A stretch of DNA of 64,000 bases from the human T2T-CHM13v2.0 reference genome, Homo sapiens. The notes beneath the pieces are model-generated. The model did no database searches. It saw nothing but the letters and a program-made list of their open reading frames with translations, and was not told where the DNA came from. This document shows positions 54,484 to 64,000 of the stretch, in pieces (positions within the stretch are counted from its first letter, which is position 1; the number at the start of each line of letters is the position of its first letter). The stretch lies in assembly GCF_009914755.1 (NCBI RefSeq), contig NC_060931.1. The stretch is one strand, 5' to 3'. Made by a program: the position numbers and the translations under genes.

Positions 54484-55524
54484 TAAAGCAGGTGTTCAAG
54501 GAAGTGAACTGCAAAGTGACATTTAAGCAAAGACCTGAAGAAGGTAACAAAATATATAGAAAAATATTTCATTTTTACTTTCCTTTCAGAAGCAGATAAA
54601 GTAATTGATAAGTATTTGCAAAGAGCAATATTAGAATAATTCATTTCTTTAGGCATTACCTGAGAAAGATGTAGACAGACTACTGGAGACCTGTAATCAC
54701 CTCGAAGGCTGGACCTGGATGAATCTTCTGTAAGATCCTAGCAACTTCAGCTTTGTTCAGGGTAGTTTTAGGATTCTATGTAACTTTGTTCCCCCTTTTT
54801 GCGAATTAGGAATGTAGTCCTTCTATGTTTGTATACTTAAGGACTTTTATTTAATAAACAGAAACATCCCATTCTCTGGGCAGTATAATAGCAACAAGAA
54901 CAGTGTACAGAGTCCCAGAGTGGAATTGAAAGCCAAGTTTTGGGCTGAGTGGCCCCTTAGTAGCCTTAGGACTCAGAGCAACACATTTAATTTATCTGTG
55001 TCTCCGTTTTCTCATCTGCTAAGCGGTAAGTAGATATCATCGTCCTCAAAGTTTTTTTGTAAGTTGCAAATGTTTATGATTTCCAAAATTCTGTTATTTT
55101 ACCACTTGTTTCTGAGCCTTTGCCTGAAACAGAGGGCAGCAGGATAGCAACTGCCTTGTGGAAAGTTCTGTGGGTGACTCAACAGGCCAAACAAGGAATC
55201 GGGAACATTCCTTTATACCTGTGCCCATGTAAATCCTCTCCCTGAGTTTTCAGCTATAGTCATTTATTGCACAACCTGTTAGTGACCTTGCCAAAGTCCT
55301 CCTTATCCATTACTCAACCCGCGTGCCAAGCTGCTTCAGCTCCTGCTATTGTTTCCCAGGAGTTTATAGCTGCCCTTCATTGCTCGAAGCTGCACTTTGA
55401 AGTGTCCTCACACTTGTGGTTGTCCTGTTTTATCTCACCATGCCCAGATTCCGGGAATCCTAAGGTAATCCCTCATCTAGAAGGTCAGTGAAAATTTGGT
55501 GTGGTAGGTCTTACTGAAGAATTA

Positions 55525-55836
<312 letters not shown>

Positions 55837-56039
55837 TTAAATGAAGACTGGCTGTATTCTGGCAGTGTAATGGTGTTATTTATTTACTTTCTTTGATTTT
55901 GGTGCAAAAGGATGTTTGCTGTTTAGCAGTGCTCAAAAGTCCAAAGTTCAATTTAATATTCCATTTACTCTTTCCTGCTTTTACAAAGACTACTGATGAA
56001 TATATCAACCCATATTGGTCATCTTTCTTTTCTGAAACA

Positions 56040-56310
56040 AGGAAGCAGTATTGTGGTATAGCAGAAAGAGCACAGGTATAATGTGGAGATGAACAAATTG
56101 GATTTGAATTACAACTCTGCATTTTACTTGGCTGGGTATGTGGAAAGGTACTATTGCTGCTACAACTGAGTATTGATGGTAATAATTTTATGCGTGTGTA
56201 TATTCCTCACTACTACCTGATAAGGTTTCATTTTCTTTAAAATACAGATTGTAATATCCATTTCACAGAATTTTATGAAAATTAGTAAGAGAGAATATGT
56301 GTATAAAACA
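56040..56310 (+). mobile_element. MIR
   Basis: gaagcagtattgtggtatagcagaaagagcacagg..ggatttgaattacaactctgc. Confidence 0.65.
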
Positions 56311-56983
56311 TTCAATCACTAAATGCCCAACGTTTCAAACATACTAGATTTCTCCTTTTGAACGTTTTTATTCAATATCGTTAGGCTTAAAACAATTATT
56401 TTATAATTATTTCATGCCTATAAATCTTGTCTCAGTAATCTCCTAATAAAATTTGTAAAAAAAGAACCAATGCCACACATTTCTTTAGTGTCTCCAGTGC
56501 AGTGTCTGAACTACTTGAGGACTTTTTAATCTGTTCATAATTTTCAATTTAACGTTAGCATGTTAAATTCTTAGCATTTAACACAGTGCCAGGCACATAA
56601 AACTTGCTCAATAAATATTTTATGAGTAAGTGGGCTTCCTCATTTATTTGCCCATGAATCTCTTCAAATTCATGGGTCCAATTAACTGCCCTTAAATTAG
56701 TTTTCTTTCAATCAAAATTCCACTGGAATTTTGCTTGGCTGGCCATAGTCATCTGGACCTATCATAACTTGCTTCGGAGTACCTCAGATCATCCAAGGCT
56801 TCTAGGCCCACATTCTGGAATACGTTAGGTTCTGTTCTAGTGCTTTAAGGGAGTTAGACTGCCCAGAAAGTGACAATCACATACAAGGATGTGTTTTAAA
56901 TTTAGGTAGTGGTATATATATTCTCATATAAGAGATATATCCAGGCTTAACCCCATGCCAAGTTCCATTAAAAGTCATCATTG

Positions 56984-57639
56984 ATTATTTTGTCACCCAT
57001 TGCCTTATAATGTCGCAATCTTTCTACTCCTTAGCTCAGCTAGGTCTGAGTTCTTGTCTCACAACCAGGAAGAATTAGGCACACGGACACCAGAGAATGA
57101 GTGGAGTAGAATGTATTAAGTGAGAGGAAAGCTCACAGCAAAGCAGCGATGCGGAAGATAGTTCCCTTACCCAAAGGCAGAAAAGTCCCTTCCCTGTGGC
57201 TGGGTCTGGGTCCTCTTATGCACTCAGAATGGGTAGCGCATGCTGATTGGTTTGTGAGTAGGCAAAACACGTTAAAGCAAAGGCATCACTCAAAGGTGGG
57301 CACAACAGTGTAGAAAACCAATTAGGAAATGATAGTTATATGTAAAATAGGTGAAGGGTGGGGACCAATAAGAGGAAAGTGCACCAAATGAAAAGACAGG
57401 TTCTCAATCCATTCTGAGGATTTAACTGGTAGCTTGGCTTTCAGGCTTTAATACTGCCTTTGGCTTGGAGGTGGGGTTTTCTTGGGGACCCACCCCTATC
57501 TGCCTAGCCATGTGGCTGCCTCCTGCCGCTCTCAATAGGTAGTTAAATAATCTGTATACCAAACTCCTGTAACACACAATTTACCTATATAACTAACCTG
57601 CACATGTACCTCTGAACCAAAAATACAAGTTAAAAAAAA
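56984..57639 (+). mobile_element. Tiny old-primate L1 (L1PA15-17/L1PB-like) 3' end, split by an LTR
   Basis: 57535-57639: aaataatctgtataccaaac..aatttacctatataactaacctgcacatgtacc..A-tail. TSD aaaagtca(t/a)cattg at 56970-56983 and 57636-57649. Confidence 0.8.
57011..57534 (-). mobile_element. ERV1 solo LTR of the MER52/LTR27/LTR28 group
   Basis: TG..CA termini; ggttcttgtctc..ccaggaagaattagg-type block; ggtggggtttt..gggacccacccct..ctgcctcctgccgc. TSD ataa/atag. Exact subfamily uncertain. Confidence 0.8.
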
Positions 57640-57954
57640 GTCAACATTGTTCCAAATATAACTGGCAAATGTCCAAGAAGACAATCTATGTTCCTTAGGT
57701 TGCCCAACTTGGTTTTTTTCAATAATATTTTTAATATTTTTGAGGAAAACTTCTGCTACATTTTTGCTCATATATCTAAGAATCACAATGAAAGTAATGA
57801 TTGCTGAGTGGTTTGCTATTTTGGGATCTTTTTATTTGTATTCCTTGCACTAAAAAGAAGAGAGGAAGGTCAAGTTGTCAGTCATCTAAATAAATATAAT
57901 GAGGTAAATTTAAATGTATTGAGCAACTATAAAAAAAATGTGTTTGGCCCTGTG

Positions 57955-58070
57955 GTCTCAAATTTTACTTTGGATAAGAATCAGTTGAGCGATTTATTAA
58001 AATTACAGTTAGTCTGGGTGGAGATCAGGAATCTGCATTTTATCAAGGGGCCCAGGTGATTCTGACACTA
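57955..58070. mobile_element. MER5-type fragment
   Basis: ggaatctgcattttatcaaggggcccaggtgattctga. Confidence 0.65.
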
Positions 58071-60609
58071 GTAGTCTGTTGATCTCAGTAAAAGAAACCT
58101 GTCTTAGACTGTACAGTATAGTCACTACTTAGGAAGAGCATGTATTATCTATAGCCAAACAGAACTCATTTCAAATTCCAGAACTGCCGTTTGCTATATT
58201 TGTGAGTATGGGAAATTATGTAACCTCTTTGAACCTCAATTTCCAACTGTAAGACTGGATAGTTCTTACCACGTGGGTAAGATAAAATGAGGTATATGCC
58301 TAGACCATTTTGTGTATCAAAAAGTAATCACTGAATGGGAATTATGTATTTCTACATATGTAATATGTAGAATTGTTTCTTTACTGTTTGTGTCCTTCTA
58401 AATGTAATAGCTCACTAGTAATTTTAATGGGGAAATATATTGTGAAGGCTAATGTTCTAACCTAGGTTCAGCTCTATAACTCCTCTATGATTACTCAGGG
58501 ATGGAAATCTTGAGAACCACCTGCTAGTGGGATTATGGGATCTAAAGGTGATGTTTACTTTTGAATCAGATCAAAGGATTTTTTTTTCTATGTTACAGCA
58601 GACAAAAGTTGTTAAAGAAAAGGTATAATTTTATACACTCCATTGCCCTCAATTGTAATATAAGAAAAATACTTCATTGATTTCTGGCTCTGTAACTCCA
58701 TTTAACTCCTGATGCAATTTCCCACAAGAGTAAATTTACCTGCAAATTAATCTGCTTTGAGGCCCCCTGGAATTTCTGATGCAAATGTGGGTAGAGGCTG
58801 GAGGGTTTAATAAATAGGTTGTTCCAGTGCCAGCCCAGAGCCCATCATTGCAAGAAGGATACTGAGGGAAACCCAAGCCCCAGAAAAGACTGAGATGTTG
58901 CTGACCTAGGGTTACACTGAGAACACCCTGTGAGAAGTTTTCTTGATACCCCAGAGGTCAGGTCGCTGCTCCTCTCCTTCTGTCATGCACTTGATCTTTG
59001 CACCTCCACAGCCTTGTGTTAATGCACTGTCCTTGATTGTTCCCACGTCTATCTCCCACTGAGGATGTAAGTTGTAGTTTCCTCATTTTTAACATCTGTA
59101 TAGAAAACACTGCCAGGCCTCGAATGAATGAGTAAAGAAACAAATAAATAGCTATATAGCAAACTCCTCGACTGAGTAGATCTGTCCTGTGTTTATGTAA
59201 TTGTACCAATGCTGTGCCTAAATATAAAAAGGCAAAATTGGTTCCATTTGTACATGTAGTTCTTTAAAACTAACAAAATATTTTATACGCTAGTGCTTTA
59301 GCATTATAGAGAAAAAAAATTGCCCTTATGATTTGTTAAAATAGACAGATGCAAAAGAGTTATTTCATTGTTGTCTACTTTATACTGAAGTACACCAGGG
59401 AAATTTTTAGCAGGTACATCTTTAAGAACAGGTCTCAAAGCACAAAAAGCCAAGGAAATATTTTATGATAGCTTCAAATTTACCATAAAAAATTTAAAGT
59501 GAATCCAACCCATAATTATTATTAAAAAAGACTTTCAGTGGCCTTCTACTAATCAATTATACACAAAATGTGTAGAAAAGAGGTATTGCAATTTTGGAAA
59601 CTTTTAAATAAAATAAATACTGAAATATTTTTATAAATATTATCTTGTAATTTACGTATTTCATAACCGTGTTACAAAATGCCAAAAACTACAATGTGTA
59701 TTTAACTTGAAGCCAAGTAATGACATGCAAGGGGAAAACTTCGTTTTTCTAGAGAACATTCTTGCTAGTTCTGAATGAGCTATACTTAATCACAGTGTGC
59801 CTGAAATAAAGTCAGGTTGGACAGCTCCCTAGACGAGTAGGGTGCTCCAACCATAATTTACCCTCCTTAATGTGGTATTTTCTATCCACTGAAAGGTTCA
59901 GTCCATTTTAAAATGGGAACTCTACCTCAGGTATAATCAACAAGATCGTTGATGGCTCCCTTTCATTAAGAGAATATTGGCCAAAAGCTCATTATACCAT
60001 TTCCATTTATGTTAAATTAAAGGAGAACTAGTTGTACTTTTAAGCTTCTTATATGTCGCTCCAGATAATAAATATGCCAATAAAATTAAAGGAAAGAATA
60101 AAGCATATTTATGTAAATTCTAAGTTTATAAGGAAATACATTAGTAGGCATTAAAAAAATCATCCAAGGGGAAAGGTCTAGGGAGAAACATGAGGCTCTC
60201 AGGGGAGCTGTATTGGTAAATGATGGTCTCTCCACAGGGGCATCTCGTTGTTATAAATCATAGTGCTGAGTATGCTGCAGGACATGAATGTGCACTAGTC
60301 AATTTCCACTTAGAAAATGGTAAACTAAAAACCAACGTTGAGACCTTCAGATAAGAAACAATACTCTTGAATTTCATCAGTGCATACAGTTTGTTACCAC
60401 TCAGTTACATTGAATTCACATGTGGATTGGCATTTTATTTTTACTGTGGTATACTTAGCCCAAAATAATGCCAACAGCATTGTTTCTGTTCCTCACTGAA
60501 AGTTGGGATATTTCCAAAGGAGTTTCCAAAAGAAATGTTCAACTGTGAATCACTACGAATATCAGTATATAAAATCACTTGAATATAGATCCTTGGAAAA
60601 TACCTTTAA

Positions 60610-62030
60610 GTTAGCTTATTATTGGCATGTAGAATAAATACAGAAAATATACAAATCCTATGTGTACAGCTTGTTCTGTTTACTTCACAAAATGACATCT
60701 GTGTGGCACAAGCAACCAGATGAAGAAACAGACTATTATCTGAATCCAGAAAACTCCTTTCTCCCGCTTCCAATAATTAATACCCAAGGATAAATTACTG
60801 TTCTGAATTTTTTTAATTGAGTAAAATCTTCCTATAAGTACTGTTTTGTATCTGATTCTTTCACTTCAAGTATGTGTATGGGATCCATCCATGTTTTTAA
60901 CTGTAGTTATTGTTCATTTATTCTCATTGCTAAGCAGTAATGTATTGTGTCAGTATACCATAATTTTTATGTCCATTCTACTATTATAGACATTTGGATA
61001 TTTCCAGTTTCGAGCTATTATTCTATTGCAGACATGAATGTTGTCATTGTCTTTTGGTAAACACAGGTGTCCTGTCGAATACATTTCTAAGAATGAAATT
61101 GTGGGATCATCGGATATGTGTCTTTAGCTAGAAGCTTTAGTAATTTCTGCTAACAATAGGAGTTCCATTTGATTAATATCCTCTCCAACATTTGGTATTG
61201 CCTGTCATGATGACTACTAACACACCTTTGTATATATTTTGGGGCTATTTAGATAGTTTTTTTTGTGAATTGCCTTTTCTAGTCTTTTGCCCACCTATTA
61301 TGTTGTTTACATTTTTCTTATTGATTTGTAGGAGTTATTTTTATCTTCTTTATACATTCTTTCACAATGCATTTATTAAAAAAACTTTATATGCACTATA
61401 TAGTTTAGTTTCTTAATGGTGTATGAATAGTCAGGGTTCTCCAGAGGGTCAGAACTAATAGGATATTGTTTATCTGAAAGGGAGTTTATTAAGGAGAATT
61501 GACTCACAGGATCACAATGTGAGGTCTCATGATAGGCTGTCTGCAAGCTGAGGAGATAGGAAGCCAACAGTGCAGCCTCCATCCTGTGCCCAAAGGCCCA
61601 AGAGCCCCCAGAAAACTACTGCTGTAAGTCCAAGAGTCCAAAGGCTGAAGAACCTAAAGTCTGATGTTCAAGGGCAGGAAGCATCCAGCATGGGAGAAAG
61701 ATGAAAGCCAGAAAACTCAGCAAACCAGCTTATCCCACCTTCTTCCACCTGCTTTCTTCTAGCCAAGTTGGCAGCTGATTGGATGGTGGCCACCCACACT
61801 GAGAGTGGGACTTCCTCTCCCAATCCCCCAACTCAAATGTTAATCTCTTCTGGCAACACCCTCACAAACTCACCCAGAAACAATACTTTAACAGCTATCC
61901 AGGCATCCTTCAATCCAATCAAGTTGACACCTAATATTAACCATCGCAGTGTCTTTTGAAGAACAGAAATTATAGTATCATTTTAGCATAGTCCAATTAA
62001 TCATTCTCTTTTATTTAACCCTTTTAGAAT
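60610..62030 (-). mobile_element. L1ME-type fragment interrupted by MLT2A
   Basis: Antisense L1ME 3'UTR and ORF2 end (gtccattctactattatagacatttggatatttccagttt..; tcttaatggtgt|cttttgaagaacagaa). Confidence 0.75.
61424..61948 (-). mobile_element. MLT2A2-like (HERV-L) solo LTR
   Basis: tagtcagggttctccagaggg..caatccaatcaagttgacacctaatattaaccatcgca. 5-bp TSD gtgta/gtgtc. Confidence 0.9.
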
Positions 62031-62031
62031 G

Positions 62032-62500
62032 TGTGAAAGGAAAATAAATCCTGGGGCCCCCAAATCACTAAGCTAAAGGGAAAAGTCAAGCTGGGAACTG
62101 CTTAGGGTAAACCTGCCTCCCTTTCTATTCAAAGTCACCCCTCTGCTCACTGAGATAAACGCATATCTGATTGCCTCATTTGGAGAGGCTCATCAGAAAC
62201 TCAAAAGAATGCAGTATGTCTCTTATCTACCTATGACGTGGAAGGCCCCTCCCCATTTTGAGTTGTCCCACCGTTGCCTCGAGTTGTCCCACCTTTCCGA
62301 ACTGAACCAATGGACATCTTACACATACTGATTGAGGTCTCATGTCTCCCTAAAATGTATAAAACCAAGCTGTGCCCCTACCACCTTGGGCACATGTTGT
62401 CGGGACCTCCTGAGGCGGTGTCATAGGAGCAAGTTCTCAACCTTGGCAAAATAAACTTTCTAAATTAACTGGGACCTGTCTTAGATATTCAGGGTTCACA
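62032..62500 (+). mobile_element. MER4A1-type 5' LTR
   Basis: tgtgaaaggaaaataaatc..aaaatgtataaaacc..aaaataaactttctaaatt..gggttcaca. Confidence 0.9.
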
Positions 62501-64000
62501 TTTTGGCAACCATGAAGGGATTCTGAATGGAGATGCCCCTGATCTTTGACAAATCTGCTACCAGTGCTTGGTACCAGCATGAGCTAACTTTATGGCTCAA
62601 ACCAATAGGATAATTTGCTCAGGTCTAGGAACACCCCCTTCAGAGAATCCCTGACCTCCAAAAATTTGGTCAAGATCTAAAGTTTATTTTGCTGTACAAC
62701 TCTCCTTTTCTGGAGTTTTACTTGCTTCCAACAAGGAAGGCAAGATTTCCTGCTTCCATGATGATGGAAGGCAGGTAACTCCTTTATGGAGTGTGAACTC
62801 ACTCCTGTCAGGGAAGACAAGTTCGAGATGTTTGAGGTTTTTTTTTTTTTTTTTTTTTTTTCCCTGCTTCTAGGATGGTAAAAAGCTGTCTTCAGCCTGA
62901 GACCCATTCCTAGTTAAGTAGATGAATTGGGGTTTTGTCTTTGCTAAAGTTTAACAACTGGTTGTCTTAATTTCTCCTTACCGTTATAGCACTCAGTGAT
63001 CATATTGTTGAGTTATTTGGTGTTGATGGTGGTTCCATCTTTATTCCATCAGATTTGACAAACTCTACCTGACTTGGTCAAATCCAAATGAGAATTCCAA
63101 ATTGTGGGTAACAAAACCTCTCTAATTTGGCTAAAATTCCTCACATCTGCAAAAGAGGGAAAAAACCGAAAACCAAAAAACCATGTGCTTGTTTTCCGTG
63201 TTTGCTTCCTATCTTAATAAACAAACAAAAAAACAAATGTTCTTTTATTTACTTTTCTTCCACCCTATACCTCCTTCCTATTTTGCCATCTGCAGTGCCA
63301 AAAACATCTAGAGAAGACTTCTAATGACTTGAACCCCTTTCAAGAAATCAGAGCAAAGGTGCCACTCACCTGTTTTGGGGTATTTTGTTTTCTTTGTGTA
63401 GTTTCAAGAGTCATGGGCAGAATCTTCTTAGGTCTAAAGCTCTGTTTTCCTGTATTGCATGACCTGATCTCTTTGGCTTGGGTACCAGAGATTACCTTGT
63501 ATTGGGAGAGGATTTGACCTTGGCGTGTGTAATGGTAAAAGGGAGCTACAAAGTTAGGGATGGCTGAGCAGTTTACAGGGAGTGGTCTTGGCTGTTGTTA
63601 TTTATTTTTTTTCTCCTTGGAAGTTGTTTAAGGATCTTAATTCTAGTTTGGAGATGCATCCTAAGGGGTCTTCTCTATTGCTTTTTCTCCCAACATTAAT
63701 CTCAATTAGTCTTGTCTATGTGCATTTGCATGAGAAACTGAACTGTTGTTTTCATAGGTAAATGTGAGACTGCATTTTCACAGCTCTGAAGAAAAAGGGC
63801 ATTTGCTCTTCTCAGCTGAAAGGTGCCCTTGGGTGACTGGGGGCCCTGTAGGAGTGTCTGGGAGGTTGATCCCCAGTGGCCCTGCAGGGAAATCCCCAAC
63901 AAAATTCATTTTTAAAAAGGCTCATCCAGGAAAAGCATATAAGGGATGATCACCCAGTGTTTTGAGCCCTCTCATAGGTCATAGATTTCTGGAGAGAGAA
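62501..64000 (+). mobile_element. MER4-int internal region (non-coding leader; provirus continues beyond the window)
   Basis: Follows the LTR and PBS directly. MER4-group leader composition. No gag-like ORF in the track. Confidence 0.8.
62504..62521 (+). promoter_or_regulatory. Retroviral primer-binding site, probably tRNA-Arg
   Basis: tggcaaccatgaagggat lies 3 nt after the LTR. From memory it is complementary, with one CpG-type mismatch, to a tRNA-Arg(TCG) 3' end. Confidence 0.7.

Overview
Human genomic DNA (it carries an L1HS insertion), AT-rich and dominated by interspersed repeats, so it is either intergenic or deep-intronic. I recognise no host protein-coding gene, RNA gene or CRISPR array. 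Almost all ORFs in the track are L1, Alu or microsatellite read-throughs or chance frames. One orphan splice acceptor with a possible terminal exon (17479) is the only host-gene candidate. The main content is: (1) an L1PA4-like element (5699-9345) rearranged by 5' inversion, keeping nearly its whole 5'UTR, missing about 2.5 kb internally, and bounded by a TSD; (2) 0.9 kb downstream, a very young, heavily 5'-truncated L1HS with a ~176-bp 3' transduction, three poly(A) tracts and a perfect 14-bp TSD (10221-10721); (3) a HERV-W LTR17 solo LTR, a MER52/LTR27-type solo LTR nested in a tiny inverted L1, an MLT2A LTR, and a MER4A1 LTR with PBS and internal sequence running off the right end; (4) a near-full-length ancient L1M with nested Alus and an internal duplication; (5) about 12 Alus and many MIR, L2, MLT1 and DNA-transposon fossils. 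The most notable structure is the 5.7-10.7 kb cluster, where one bidirectional L1 promoter faces a polyadenylated L1 3' end on each side. Smaller unexplained structures are a 31-bp A-tailed insert between perfect 16-bp repeats, a 47-bp dispersed duplication and a 45-bp-stem hairpin. Subfamily calls come from remembered consensus sequences, not a RepeatMasker run, and boundaries of ancient repeats are approximate. I see no evidence for a new protein-encoded system.
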